A stretch of 64,000 nucleotides of DNA from Eledone cirrhosa (taxonomy: Eukaryota), in the NCBI GenBank assembly GCA_964016885.1, contig OZ024742.1, forward strand, positions 223,076,001-223,140,000, written 5' to 3'. The stretch's first letter is position 1. Every line of letters begins with the position of its first letter. Position numbers and translations under genes: made by a program. The notes beneath the pieces are model-generated. The model saw only the letters and a program-made list of their open reading frames with translations. It was not told where the DNA came from and made no database searches. Shown here piece after piece: positions 1 through 14,194 of this stretch.

Positions 1-839
1 AGGCGGGCAAATGAGCGCTTCTTCTCTCTCCCTATTTTTACCAACGACGGAGGCGGCTATTACCATTACTATAACCGTGACCAACTCCAACTTTCATTGA
101 TTTGTAATGGATGAAAAGAAAAAAAAACTTGAATCAATCCATTTGTTTGTGTTTCTTCTATAATAGAGACGAGAGATCGTGCTTCCCTCATCATCATCAT
201 CATCTTAATCACTGGTGGAACGTAAAATAATGTAACTTCTCTCTTTCTTATTCCGAACTTTCGCTCCATCTTTCCCACCTCTTTCTCTCGTTTCATTCCT
301 ACTTCTGTTTGTTTCTCTCGTTTCATTCTTTCTTCTGCTTGTCTCTCTTTCTCTTGTTTCATTCTTATTTCTGTTTGTCTCGCTCTCCCCATCCCATCGT
401 TTCTCTCTCTCTCCATCTGTCGTTCTATCACTTCTTTTCTCTCACCTCTCGTTATATTACATCTTCATCTCTCTCCTCCTCCCTCGCCCTCATTCCATCA
501 CTTCACTCCATCTCGTTATATCACGTCTCCATCTCTTTCCCACTTTATCATTCCATCACTTCTCTATCTTTCTCGTTACATTCTTAGGCTTCTCTTATCT
601 CACTCTCTTTCATTCCATAATCTCTCTATCTCTCACACTCACCCTCTATCGTTTCACCACCTCTAACTCTCTTGTTCCATCACATCTCTCTCCCCCTCTC
701 TCGTTCCATCACTTCTCTTTCTCCCACTCACTTGTTCCACCCCTGCTTCTCCATCTCCCCTCTCTATACATCTCACCATCTCTCTCTCTCGCACTCTTAC
801 ACATTCTCTAATACTCTCTCAGCTCACCAAAATCTCTGC

Positions 840-987
840 CAAGATGTGCAGTGGCGGTGTTGTAACATTATATTTATGATAGTCTATACAAATAGACATT
901 TCCTATATACACAAATTCACCGAATTTTAACTACAAGGCTTATATCTACGTACACAAACTGTCCACAGAACCTCATCTGGAAACAAG
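840..987 (+). other. Candidate non-coding 5' exon ending in a strong splice donor
   Basis: AAG|GTAAGA at 985-993 is a near-consensus 5' splice site. It follows a CT-rich tract and unique sequence in the CpG-richer start of the window. The exon start is a guess. Confidence 0.35.
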
Positions 988-1021
988 GTAAGAAACACAT
1001 ACCTATATATATATACCCATA

Positions 1022-1023
<2 letters not shown>

Positions 1024-1099
<76 letters not shown>
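1024..1099. repeat. (CT)n then (TA)n microsatellite
   Basis: Directly visible; it produces the ER/SL low-complexity ORFs. Confidence 0.95.
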
Positions 1100-1939
1100 A
1101 ATTTCTCCGTTGGAATGAAGAGAAACTCATTTAAGATTTAACCACAAAAAGTAAATATAAATATGTACCATAGTAACAACGTGTATAGGTTGTCTATGCA
1201 TATGATCATACCAACGTATATATATATATATACGTGCGTATATGTTGAGTTGTTCGCATATATGTTTGTGTGTATGTTGAGTTGATCATATGTTGATTTG
1301 AACTTATGTATGTGTATATATATATGATTTTATATCGTCTCTCCCTCTCTCTATATATGTATATATTTATACACACACACACGCACTTGTTGTCCTTGCA
1401 TGTGTCCACTTATATAATCCCATTAACAAAATCTGTGAATGTCAACGAATTTTCCTATATTATTTTATTTCCATCTACTAACTCAATCAATGTCTATTGA
1501 TGGTGGTGGGAAGAAGAAAGACTGAAAAAAGAAGGAAGTTTCTGTTTTTCTTTCTCTCTCTTCATCTATCTTTTATTTTTTTACCATTCCATAACCACAC
1601 CAAAGAAGAAAAAGTATAGAGCTAAACTAGAACACCAGATTATTAGGGTAGATGATGTGTGTTTCAACAACTATTTCCACCATCCCAAATTTCGGTCAGA
1701 TAAAGCTGTGATGATGAATACATACAAGGTGGTCATGTTTCTCAATGTCCATGCAATCAATTGTCTCTCTCCACCCCTCACTCTCTCTCTAACATCGCTG
1801 GATTATATAGCAACAAAACTTGGGATATTTTAAACACTTGTAACTATTGGATTTTTTTTTTGAAAATCAAATAAACTGATTTGTGCCAATTTATGTACGT
1901 ATGTGTGTATGTTTGTATACCCACAGACACTTGAGACTA

Positions 1940-2048
1940 CTAAGAACATTATTCAACTTAGTACTTCATACTTTAAAGAAAGTAGACTGTAGATAGACAT
2001 GTAAAGCCTTATGGTCAAGCTTAAACCGTTTCGAAATAGTTTAAGCTT
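1940..2048 (-). mobile_element. Penelope pLTR-like fragment with small fold-back (same family as 8005-8185)
   Basis: Aligns by eye with 8007-8090. Ends in the imperfect palindrome AAGCTTAAACCGTTTCGAAATAGTTTAAGCTT (2017-2048), which has a GAAAC on the - strand. Confidence 0.5.
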
Positions 2049-2084
2049 TACCGAAGATTTACTTGTCTTTAAATAATAATAATA

Positions 2085-2180
2085 ATAATTGTTTCTACTT
2101 TAGGCACAAGGCCAGCAATAACCCAGTGCATTACTGGTACTTTATTTTATCGACCCCGTAAGGATGAAAGGCAAAGTCAA
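2085..2180 (-). mobile_element. 5'-truncated SINE (short deletion subfamily)
   Basis: TTGTTTCTACTTTAGGCACAAGGCCAGCAA...TTTATCGACCCCGTAAGGATGAAAGGCAAAG beside an (AAT)n tail. Near-identical copies at about 26930, 40929, 41873, 44205, 51880, 52083 and 53783. Confidence 0.9.
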
Positions 2181-2244
2181 TAATTATATATATATTGAAG
2201 AGGCATGTTTATGTACGAGAGTGTACATATAACGTTCAGATATT

Positions 2245-2370
2245 AACTCAATGAGTACTCAATACACGTGAAAAGAGTGTAGTAAGATTTATTTTCTGAA
2301 CAAAAAGGTGGCACTGACTTCGAAGTTTCGGTGTTGATGTCTCTATTGGCAGAGTTTCGAGACCTTCATA
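2245..2370 (-). mobile_element. Penelope pLTR-like fragment with 3' half of a hammerhead
   Basis: The - strand reads GAAACTTCGAAGTC (palindromic stem III plus GUC), then CACTC..GAGTA. Related copies at about 5505-5585 and 6910-7030. Confidence 0.55.
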
Positions 2371-4280
2371 TATATCTATATTGGGGATGGGAAGACTAGA
2401 CACCACAGTAGAACTCAATACATGTATAGACGTATGACACACATTCTTTGCATCTAAACATGTTTGGGTTGTTATTTTATAAGTTTGAGCTAAGTTTTGT
2501 TTCTATATTTAATTTATGGCTATTATATTTCTGTTCATATTTGCCGAAATTTCGTTTAATTATCAAGAACTAATGAATGAGGCAGCAGTGTTATTAATTA
2601 ACATGTAGTGCAACCACACGTATTTTCATTTTCTCCCCAACCATTAACATACATCTATATCAACGAAGAGTTAACTAGAAATAAACTGTTTTCTTCTTTC
2701 TCAGCTGCAACATTTAATTACCAATTTAGATTTAGCAATATAATAGTAGTAATAATAATATTGTTATATTTATATTAAAATATAAATAGTTATTGTTTAA
2801 TATTACAGTATGAGTTCAACGAATTTTATTACGAATTTAAGTTTTAAAAAAAAATGTTCTTTTGTTATTTATGTAACTTCTGTTGCATTATATATCCTCC
2901 CACACAAATGTGTGAATGGATGGATATATTTGCTGCATTTTATTATCCCATGTGACATAAACAATGTGTGTTTGTTGTTTGCATGTAGTTTTATGAATAA
3001 TGACTATGAATAGGCAAACCTACAATGAATTTCTTTTTGCCAAGCACGTCTATTGTCTACGTAGTATTTTGGGTTTGAAATGGCTGGCCATACATTGCTA
3101 TGTTATATATATTGTAACTAACTAATGGGTTACATACACGTAGACCTACATTCGTTGCTATTTCTCATATCCCTCTCTCTCCCGCTTCGAGGAATTTCAC
3201 TATTTGACAGTTGATTATGGGGCGGTGATAGTGCTATTGCTGTTCTTACTGATAGAAAGGGTTGGTGTTAGGCTAAAACGAAGTTGGCTAAACGTTGTGA
3301 CCGTATTTCTAATGAAATAAATACACTCTATTTCAGTTAATTAACTTTTAACACCCTGTATTGATTTAGCAAAAGAAAAAAAAAAGAATATGTAAAAAAT
3401 AGGCTCTGTTAATTTAAATATTTATAGTATCTTTATTGGTGGACAGATCGTTGTGAAAATTTGCAGTATTAGAGTTAAGGTTTTAATTTTTTATATGATG
3501 CAGTCATAGTGCTGTTTTGTATTTTTCAAGAATGCCTTGTTAATATGATTTTATGATGTAGGACATTAAGAGTTAATGAAGAATTTTGAAGGATTTACTA
3601 AAATCATTAGTTATTTCATTTTACTAACATAGTAACTTAACATATGGTTTTCTAGGAATCTTTAAAAATGAGTGGTTTTGTTTCATAGACCCCAAACCGG
3701 TTATTTATTCTTGTTATCCAAACCAACATGTGTGTATGTATAATATATATATAGTTTTCAGAGCTCAAGTTGTAGACATATGTTTATATTTATTTCCATT
3801 ACAGTTCTCTCTCCCCGCCCTCTCTCTCTCAGCTTGGAATAATGAAGCGATGCAGATTTTTAGTTTGTTAGTCGTGCTTTTTTTATTTAGGTATGCTCAT
3901 TCATATCCAAACCACCCAACCTTGTTAGTAATGTATTATTGTTGTTTCATTATCGATTTATCGATGTAACCGTAAGTCTTCTTCCGTGTTGTAGTAGAAT
4001 GGATTTAATATATACCTGTCGAATGTTTAAAAAACAACAACAAACATGATGAGCTTTTCATAACGGGTACTATACTAGCTGTAATATAGTAATTATAATC
4101 ACATATCTATCATATCTCACATTTCTTTTTTGAGAAATAGTGAATGTTATCGTTTACGGTTATTGTTGATATATCGACCTTTTACTTGACTGGTACTTTA
4201 TTTTATCGACCCTCTCATCTGGATGAATAACAATAATAATAACAACAGTAAAGCTGTAATTACCATTATATTAACTCAAA

Positions 4281-4470
4281 GGGCGGTAGATTAGCAGTAT
4301 CGGCAGAGTGTCGGGCAAAATGCTTTGCGGTATTTAGTTAAGACTCTTACGTTCTGAGATCAAATCTCGCCGGGGGTCAACTTTGCCTTTTAGCAGTTTT
4401 GGGGCCGGCATAATCGAATTTCTCCCCCCCCCCCCCAGATTGCTGGCTTTGTGCCAAAGTTAGAAACAAG
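4281..4470 (+). mobile_element. tRNA-derived SINE, older long form
   Basis: GGCGG head, box-B-like GAGATCAAATC, CAACTTTGCCTTT core, GTGCCAAAGTTAGAAAC tail. Confidence 0.8.
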
Positions 4471-7400
4471 TATTAACCACTCCAATTGAAACAGTTTTTA
4501 CCAACAATTTGCTCTTTATCAAGAATTTTTTTCTTTTAACAACCACGTAACCCTATCGAACATATTTCGTCTACAAGACTTTTATAGTTTTGCACATTTT
4601 ATTTCAATTCATCGTATTGTAGTAAGAGGCGTAGGATTAAAGATGTCTCGGTATTTGTTCCGGCTCACTGCGTTTTGAGTTCAAATCCCACCGAGGTCGA
4701 TGAATAAAGTACCAGTCCAATACAGGGATCGGTTCTTCCGCTATCTCTCTTTATCACCCATTCTCTCTCTGGAAGAAATCGGAAAGATGGGGCCCGCCAG
4801 GTTTAAAATGTCCAAGGACGGAACCCCTACGATTCCACCAGGAGTTCAAGGGCTTTTTCCTTTCCTTTTTCCTTAAGGGAAGTTATAGCCAGTTATTTTG
4901 ATGTTTGTTCTTAAGATATTAATTAACCATTGTGACTTATGGTTAATTTTTAAGACCTCTTTTCTGCCATAAACTACTGTGTAACATAACTATTTTATTT
5001 CATCTTGTGGTTCCTCCTATATAAACATAAACTGCTGCGTAACTTAACATTTTCGAACGTATTTCGTCTACAGTGCTTTACAGTGTTACATATTTTACAG
5101 CCAGTTGCTTTGATGTTTGTTGCTAACGCCATTGGCTTTAATTGTATTAAATTTCTGGCTAGGTCGTTCGTTCATGTATTCCATCTCTATACACATCACA
5201 TCACACATCTACCTCTCTCTCTATGTGAAGTCTGCTCTCGTCTAATTAGATGAATCGGCGGAAAATGGAATACAGAAAAGAGAGAGTGAGAGAGAAATTC
5301 TTCCTTCCGTTTCCTTCACTCTAATATTTGAAATTGCTTCTTTCCCTAACTTAGTTGACCTGGTTGGTAATTTTTGTGACTAAGAGAAACTGGGTAGTAA
5401 AAGTGAGAGAAGTTACTCTCACACACACACATATGTGTATGTATGTAAACACACACATATACTGAAGTGTTTTAAATACCAGTGTACTTAAAACATTCCA
5501 TCATTAACTGAATAAGCACTCAATATATATAAGTAGAGTGTAAGATTTATTGACAAAAAAGTGAGTGACAGAAGTTTCATGTGATGTGTGTTTATGTTGT
5601 ACTCATTTTCCCAGATGTTTATTATAATCTAAAGGTCATAAATAGTTTAGTCTGTTTTGGAACATAATGTTGGGTAGTGATGGTGTTGGTTCTATAGTAA
5701 AATGGTAATATAGTGGAATGTGCCTCCGTCGGTTTAGACAATGAATTTTCAAGTTGTTCAATCAACGGAACATCTTGCACATGAAATTAATTAACTTGTA
5801 AATGGCTGAGCATTTTACAGAATGTGCCAGGCATTATTCTCAGGGAGATTCAGCGTAACAGTGTGTTTCAAGGCTGGCCCTTAGAATTACAGGTGCAGAC
5901 CATCCGACAGGCTTCCAGACAGTTTCTCTCTACTCAATTTCATTTATAGGTCGATCCAAGTCTATGGGAAAAGACATTTACTCATGTTACTCAGGATGCC
6001 ATAAAGTGGGATCGATCCCAGAGTTTAGTGATTGAGAAGCGAACCCTCAGAAATAAAGCTTTTAAATTCGTTGTTTACTTGTAGTATGTATAAATTATCA
6101 AATCTACATAAGTTCTGATACACTTTGGTCGAAAATAAACTATGTCGTATATATTCTGCTCCAAAAAAATTAGATACTCCTACATATCTGTTGTAAAATT
6201 CGATCCTAGTTTTTCATGGACATTAAATCAATATTTGTGAATCAAGTACTATCCTGAACAAATATTACGATAAGGAAATTAATTTTACTACGCTATTATG
6301 TCGTGATGTACACAAGTGGAAATATTTACAAAGGCTTCGCAGCCTCATTTGTGTGTTTTGCATTAGTGTTTTGATGTGTAGAAACATTGGTATTATTACT
6401 GTAATCCATTGATTTTGTTTGGGTTTCTGCTTGTTGATGTTATATTTTGGATTGTAGTGTAAATGTCATCCTGTCGAAAATAGTGTCCGTGTAATAGCCG
6501 ACCCCATAAATATAACCTACAAACACAGTAAAAAAATTCGACGTTTACAGTATATACGGTATAACACTTGAGAAACGAAGCATGCCTAACATTTAGTTTC
6601 GTGCCTTACTTCTTTTTTTTTATTTTCTGTTGTTTTTTTTTTGTTCATACGACTTATCTGAACGAACGTGAAATTCAGCCATACAACTTTAACTTATGTA
6701 CTAAAATGGTAAATTTTCATGTTGGTTTATATATATTCGTGGAGGGAATTTTCTTCTATTGTAAAAATATTTCTGTCTCTTCGACAAGAAATAAGTTTTG
6801 TGTAAACCCCATAGAACTCCGAAACAACCGATTTCAGATGAGTTAGGTGTCGAAAAATATCCGAGGAAATGTTTTAGATGCCAGTGTACATAAAAGTTCA
6901 AATATTAACAAAATGAGCACGCAATACATGTGAGCAGAGTGTAGTAAGGTTTATTTTCTAAAAAAAAAAAAAAAAAGGTTGTGACTTCGAAGTTTCAGCG
7001 AGTCTCTTTTCTGATTGCTGTCACTTCGAACTTTTTATATTCAAGGTTCGGTTCGGATACATCGGAAATTGTCTTTTATTTTTATTCCTCTCTTTATTGG
7101 ATCTTGTTAAATATGTCTCCTTTTACAGTTCGGTTGCATATTAGAAAGTAATTCTTTTGGAAAGATAAATTTTTAGGAAATTCCAGATGTTATTTTATTA
7201 ATCTGATAGACATATGTAACGAAATTGATACCAAACCACATGAACCCATCCCTGGTTCTACGATACAAAACTGTTTTTTTAAATGTTTGTTTATTTAAAA
7301 AAAAACTTCCATCATAATTCTGTGTAAGAACCTTATGTTCCAAACACCAGCCTAATAATTAGAAAGAATCTTAGAAAGAAAGTTATATTACTGAATCTCT

Positions 7401-8053
7401 TAAAATTATTTTCAAAATTATTTGAAAATCGTAGGGGCTGCCTAGCACATTTTTAGAAAGAATTTAGTTAAGAGGTTATTAAATAAAAAAATATACAATT
7501 TGGGGTTAAAATTCTTTTTTTCCGGAAAACTTTCTGTGTCTTATAAATACGACTTTATATTCTTTACCATATTTCTAATAAAAGACTGCCTATGGTTTTC
7601 AAACAATTTTCCAAAAAATCAAGAATTTGGAGGTATTTAGTATGTAACGTAACTTTCTCATTATTAAGCTGGTGTGTGGTGCATAACCTAAAGGTTCTTG
7701 CATAAAATTATGATGGAAGGTTTTTAAAATAAACAGCTTTCTAGAACGAAGGGCGGTTTGGTATCAAAAGGTTTAATTCTAAAATCTTGCTTTTAGTTGA
7801 AGTTTAAATAAAAATGAAGGAATAACTGGTTCATTTGTGTAGACTTATTTGTTTTTTCAATAGAACCTCTGGAGTAGTTTAATTTTTCAGTCCCGCCCCG
7901 TCTTTTTTAAATATAAGTGTCCTTCACTTAAGGTCTTAGCTGGATTACGTACAATGTAGTGTATGTGTATGAGTGTGTGTATAAGAATATGACGTTACTA
8001 ATTAAAAACCATTATTCAACTTAATGCTCCATACTTTAAAGAAAGTTGAGTGG

Positions 8054-8183
8054 AGATACTAGGTTTTACATTCAAGCTTAAAGCATTTCAATGATTGAAT
8101 GGAAATATAATTATATTCCATATGGAATATAATTTCCATTCAGTCATCGAATCGGTTTAAGGTTGATTGTAAGGTTTACATGT

Positions 8184-8185
<2 letters not shown>
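8054..8185. repeat. Diverged fold-back (inverted repeat) of a pLTR-like fragment
   Basis: ATGATTGAATGGAAAT...ATTTCCATTCAGTCAT core with imperfect outer arms; abuts (TA)n at 8186. Confidence 0.75.
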
Positions 8186-8239
<54 letters not shown>

Positions 8240-8240
8240 T

Positions 8241-8293
8241 GAGATTCTACAGGACTAGAACTGTTTCATTCTTTAGAAATCATCAGGAATCTC
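8241..8293 (-). ncRNA. Type I hammerhead ribozyme motif (mirror copy on + strand at 8296-8342)
   Basis: The - strand reads GAGAUUC-CUGAUGA-UUUCUAAAGAAU-GAAACAG-uucuaguc-CUGUA-GAAUCUC. Stem I is 7 bp, the core is intact, stem III is 4 bp and the site is GUA. Stem II is short with a U-U closing pair. Confidence 0.75.
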
Positions 8294-8944
8294 AGATTCC
8301 TGATGATTTCTAAAGAATGAAACGGTTCTAGTCCTGTAGAATATCATCTATATTAAAACTTTTATACTCTGCTATGTATTGAGTACCTTACTTACTGTGG
8401 TTACCTCCGATTCAACCCGGAATAACGTGTATATATATATATCTGTGTGTACACACGAATGGTTTACCGTTGTAGAACGGAAGGAAACCGCAGTTAAATT
8501 AAAGTAGTCAATACATCATGTAGAGAGGATAGTTAATTTTATACATATAAGAAGAACGTATATATCCCACACACACTGTCATAGTTTTACATACGTTTTC
8601 TCAATCATACACGTGGCTATTGTATTGGAAACGTACACACAACAGTATCTAATCTAAAATATCTTATTGACTCAGAGCATGCAATACAGGCTACTAATCC
8701 TTTTCTCCTCTTTCCTCCTTTTGTGAATGAACAAATATTCATTTCAGATATTCAGATATAGATTTCCCTCCCATTCACATCACATCATTGGTAAAATATT
8801 CGAATTTTTATTCTATTTCTTCGACCATCTCCTAGACTGTTGCTTCTCTCTCTCTCTCTCTCTCTCTCAACATGTAGTATGAATGTGTGCTGGCATGATT
8901 CGTTCTAGAGTAAAAACCGTATATCTATCTATCTATCTCTATAT

Positions 8945-9757
8945 GTATAAAATGGACGGTAAGATGAAGGTAACAAAAAAGTTAGTTACCTAATAATCTT
9001 TTTTGTTGTTGCTATTGTTTCTTTCGTCCTAATATTTCGGGACCTAAAACTCTCTTCTCAGAGTATAAGAAACCGTCAGAGAAATATGTACCAGTTTCTT
9101 CTCTTTCGAATTAAATTTAGATTTAAATTTTATAAACCGCTTTCAAGCATTGTTTGATGTTTGCTTTTTTATTCGCAAGAAGCTGGAGGATGAGATGTTG
9201 TTTAGGTTGCGTGTGGGGGACAAGTTCTAATCTATTATTTATTTGTGGGTTGAGACTATGAATGAGCAAGGATTCCTTAATTCTTAAATTGCTCACATTT
9301 CTCTATTTGGCTTCAACATTAACAGGTATATTTTTGTTGGTGTTTTGTATTTGTCTGTGTTTTTTGAATGAGGATGCGTGTATGTTGAGTTGTTCTTTAA
9401 TGCGGGTGTGGAGTGCTTGAATCGTGCTACCAATGTAGAACTCCTTACGTTTGCTGCATTCAATCCGGTATACCACAGGTGTCCACAGGCACATACGTGT
9501 GTCACGGATAGGTTAGTTAGTCAGTGAGCATTGTGTGTTGTCTCTGGATTGCTTTTTAGAGATAGAAATCCACGCATTGCTGGGTGTGCTAATTGTATGT
9601 CCAGTCCTTTGCTGGTAGCCGTGGTTATGCTTTCGCTGAAGTGTGGTACTTTCATGAAGCAGGTGTTAGAGGAGATCTTATCCCTGCGCTGCCTTCAATT
9701 CTGAAGACGATTCACTGTGGATGTTAGGTATCCGTTCATCTTCAGTACATCTATGAA
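8945..9757 (-). mobile_element. Penelope-like element 3' fragment (GIY-YIG endonuclease and pLTR), decayed
   Basis: VVYRIECSKRKEFYIGSTIQALHTRIKE...LRIKESLLIHSLNPQINNR, with NGY upstream; stops and frameshifts. Degenerate hammerhead-like CUGAGAA...GAAAUAUUA at about 9030-9061. Confidence 0.85.
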
Positions 9758-10225
9758 GTGTGCAGTGTGAGTCATCTGGTCTTCTGTCTTGCTGCATTTA
9801 TTCCAGATATGAGTGTTTCAGTTTTTGCAGCACTGATTTTCATTCCAGCCATGCAGCAATTGGCATCAAACCTATCAAGTGCAAGTCAGGGATCACCTTC
9901 TGTTGAGTTAAATAACATAATGTTTGCAAATTCCAGCCAACTGATTCTACACTTGCTAGTCATGATACCACTTCCAACCTGGCTGTACATGTCAATCTTG
10001 TTCATGAAAATAATGAAAAAGAGAGGTGACAGTATGCACCCTTGGTGGAGTCTAACTCCCACATAGAATGATGTCGATTTAGCACCATTTATCTGAACAC
10101 AAATACTTGGGCATTCGTAAAGAGACTTAAGGGCAGCAAGAAGCCGACCATTAATCCCATACTCCTGCAGAAACCTCCACAGCAGGTCCTGAGGAATGTG
10201 GTCATATGCCTTTTCGAGGTCTATA
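9758..10225 (-). mobile_element. RTE-clade LINE RT fragment
   Basis: DLEKAYDHIP...GVRLHQGCILSPLFFIIFM. The catalytic motif has decayed to FANI. Same family as 54900-55695. Confidence 0.9.
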
Positions 10226-11116
10226 AAATGATTAGAGCATTGGATAAAATGTTTTGCAGTATTTATTTCAATTATCCACATTCTTATTTCAAATCCCGCC
10301 AAGGTTAACTTTGCATTTCAACCTTCCTGGGTCGATATAATCGACTTTCCCTTCTCCCAAATTTCTGGTCTTGTGCCAATGTTAGAAAGAATTGTTAAAA
10401 CTATATATATCCATTTGTCTGTCCATCTTGTCTGCCTGTTCTTTTTGAATCATTTCTGGTTCCCAACACCATCGAATTTCTGACCATTGCCTGCTTTTTC
10501 CTTTTCTCACACCCACTCTTATGATTTCTCTGCCAATTTTTTTCTTTTCCTTTTCTAGACCTCCCCCTTCCCCTATCTTTTTGGTTCTTTCTGGCCTTTC
10601 CTTCTTGCCTCATCACAAGTAGTTCACTATTTCATCTCCTCATCTTCTCTCTATCTCTTTCAGCTACTTTCTTTACTTTTACTTCTTCCTTTTTCAATTT
10701 TTATTTTACTGGTACTCGGATGTAGGAGCGTATATCTTAATGAAAAATCAACCCTGCTTCATTTACCCCCCCCCCTCTCTATCCTTGCAAGCAGGGAAAA
10801 AGCGGACGTAAAATGTGTTATGTAATATATATATATATATATATATAAATATAAATATATGTATTGGACTTGGTGTTTAAAAAACTAGGATTTAAATATA
10901 TTCAAACATTAACTGAATTAGCTCTCAATCGTGTAAGTAGTGTAAGTTTCAGCTGTCTGAAGAAACACATGCACGCAAATGCACAGTACACACACACATA
11001 TATATATAATGCAACGAAACCATATAGTTATGCACAGATAAGTGAAACTGATTTGCAGTTTTCCAGGCCTTCGAACCATGAACATTTCACACACACACAC
11101 ACACGCACACGCACAC

Positions 11117-11173
<57 letters not shown>

Positions 11174-11379
11174 TATATATAAAAAGAGAGAGATATAGAT
11201 AGAGAGATAGATATGTACTGCAACATGTATATATATCAAACACATACTGTATAAACTATAATAGATGCACTTTCAGAATTTACCAAATTTGTATAAAATA
11301 TTGTTACTTTAATTGCCAATCGTAGCGATCACTGCGGCACCAAGCTTCTCAAAGCAGATCAATGAACACTATTTTGGTT

Positions 11380-11422
<43 letters not shown>

Positions 11423-11699
11423 AGGTATGGTAAGTAGGGAGAGGAGAAGGCGTTGGGTAGAGAGAGAAAGGGAGAAGTAGTTGTATGTTTCGATGGGAAT
11501 TGAATCTGAATATTTGAATGTTTTCATTCAGCTTGTTAGAGAGAGAGAGACCTACCATTACTATATCAATTTACACACACACACACACACACACGCGCAC
11601 GCGCACACGCACGCACACACGCACACACGCACACACGCACACACGCACACAGTCTAACCCATGCTAGCATGGAAGATGGACGTTAAACGACGATGATGA

Positions 11700-12005
<306 letters not shown>

Positions 12006-12083
12006 GTATGCTAGCGTGGAAGATGGACGTTAAATGATGATGGTGTAAATGTGTATATATGTGTGTGTGTGTATGCATATATA

Positions 12084-12790
12084 GGGTCAAAGAAGCAAAG
12101 AGATGTAGAAGGGTAAAGCTGCAGGACTGTCATAGTTGCTGAGATGATAAAAGCATCGAGAGAAGTAGGTGTTGAACTAGTAATCTGCATAGTCAATCAG
12201 GTAATACAGAACTGAGTCACACCCAATGACTGGAGCAGCAGTACAATCATAAATTGCTACAAAGGCAAAGGTGATGTTCTAGAAAGGAGCAACTACAGAG
12301 GAATAAAACTTATGTATCAAGTTATGAAAGTGATGGAAAGTTATAATACAGCTAATTGGGAAAAGAGTCAAATTAAACTAGATGCAATTTGGTTTCATGC
12401 TGGGGATAAGTATTACAAATCCTCTCTTTTTAGTTAGGCAATAGCAAGAGAAGTTCCTATTTAAGAATAAACCACTATATTTAGCTTTTGTTGATATAGA
12501 AAAAGCTTTTGACAGAGTACCTCGATCTGTTCTGGTGGTCCTTAACCCTTTAGCATTTACATTACTCTATATTTACTAGAGTATTTTCATGGTAAAGGCC
12601 TTATCTCTCATAGTCTTGAGTTTACGAGATTTGGATGATGTTATTGTTTATTTTAAGAACAATATCTTAATGTTGGTTACGGCTAGTTTCAAAGAGGGGA
12701 AAACATTCTGGCTGGATACAGCTAGTTTAAATGTTAAAGGGTTAAAGAAATTAGGTATAGAAGAATGGTTTGTCAACCCAAAGCTATAGC
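12084..12790 (+). mobile_element. Older RTE-clade RT fragment interrupted by a MITE
   Basis: IVAEMIKAS...PNDWSSSTIINCYKGKGDVLERSNYRGIKL...QFGF...LYLAFVDIEKAFDRVP...WWSL|KKLGIEEW. Confidence 0.9.
12546..12741. mobile_element. piggyBac-type MITE with TTAA target-site duplication
   Basis: TTAA-CCCTTTAGCATTTA ... TAAATGTTAAAGGG-TTAA. Removing it restores the RTE reading frame. Other copies at about 23481-23903, 45350-45549 and 48542-48759. Confidence 0.85.
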
Positions 12791-13177
12791 AGAAGATATT
12801 TGCTCAATCTGTCATGCATTGGTACAGAACTCAAAACCAGATGGTTGCAAAGCAAACTCTTTCACTACACAGCATGACTGTGCCCAAATAAACAATTTCT
12901 CTCTCTCTAAAACAAATTTTGTTTCATTTAATGTATTATTAAAACTGGTGTAGTGGGGATTGTCCATAAAATATAGGTGTGGGTCCCACAACATAAGTTT
13001 GGGAACCACTGGTCTATACTGTTGGATTTGATTTCTTTGCACAACAATTGGAAATGAAGGATTCTTAATCGTATTGCTAAGTAGCTACTAAGTAACTTTG
13101 TCGTAATGTCGTAATCTTAATAAATCAATAATATCTACTTTGTAAATCAATACAAATAATCAGTCTTTAAAGTTCAT

Positions 13178-13720
13178 GGCTACAGCATGGCTGAATGGTT
13201 AAGAAGTTTGATTTACAATCATAAGGTCCTGTGTTTGATCCCACTGTTTGGTAGCATGAGCAAGTATCGTTTACCTAACTGTGGGTCAACCCATGCTTTG
13301 TGAGTGAAATTCTGTAGACAGAAACTGTTGAATGGAAGATAGCATTCTTATCACACACTGTATTGTGTTGAATCTCCCTGAGAATTATGTTAAGGTTACA
13401 TGTGCTTATGTGATACTCAACCACTTGTACTACAATAAAAGATGGATGGTACCTGTAAATTACTGGGATAGCCTTGTCATGCAATGTATTGTGCTGAATC
13501 TCCCTGAGATATGTGTGCCTGTAGTATACTGTAATACAAGATGGACAGTACCTGTAATTGGAAAGAGCCAGCCTTGTTACACTCTGTGTTGTGCTGAATC
13601 TCTCTGAAAATTATGTTATGGTTACACGTGTCGGTGGAATGCTCAGCCACTTAAACATTAACTTCATGAGCAGGCCATACCATTTCTCAAACAACTAGAG
13701 CACATTGTTGAAACTGACAG
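13178..13720 (+). mobile_element. tRNA-derived SINE (second family) with internally triplicated segment
   Basis: TGGCTGAATGG box A, GTTTGATCC box B; TGTGYTGAATCTCYCTGA occurs three times (about 13365, 13491, 13590). Confidence 0.7.
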
Positions 13721-14194
13721 AGGTCAATTCTATACAAAGCTTTATTATTCAAAGTGGATGCTCTTTGTGACTAGAAAATGGAGGTACTGTAGCATTATAT
13801 GTTCACTGATTATTGTAGAGAGATGCAATGTCTCTTGAAATAAAATTACTTTTTCTTTTGTTTCCCAAGAAAGTGTTTTTATACAAGATCCTTTCTTCTT
13901 TGGGCCTTCAATTTCTGATGATATTTTAGAAGCACCATTGTGACGTATGGTATTTCTTGGCCCATTTAAACCTGGTGGATCTCATCCCTCTCCAGGTGTA
14001 TATGCACATGCACACACGTGTGTGCACAGCTGATTTCTTCCGCAGAGAGAGAAGGGGGAATAGTTTCTGGTACTTTATTTTCAACCCATAAGAATGAAAG
14101 GCATTGTTGACCATGGCAGAATTTGAACTGAGGACAGAGGGATGGAAGAAATAGATCAAGGCAATCTTTCTGACAGTCTAATGAGTCTACCAAC

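Noticed and set aside
69-830. ORFs over the CT-rich tract
   Set aside because: Low-complexity GA/CT sequence with no domain signal.
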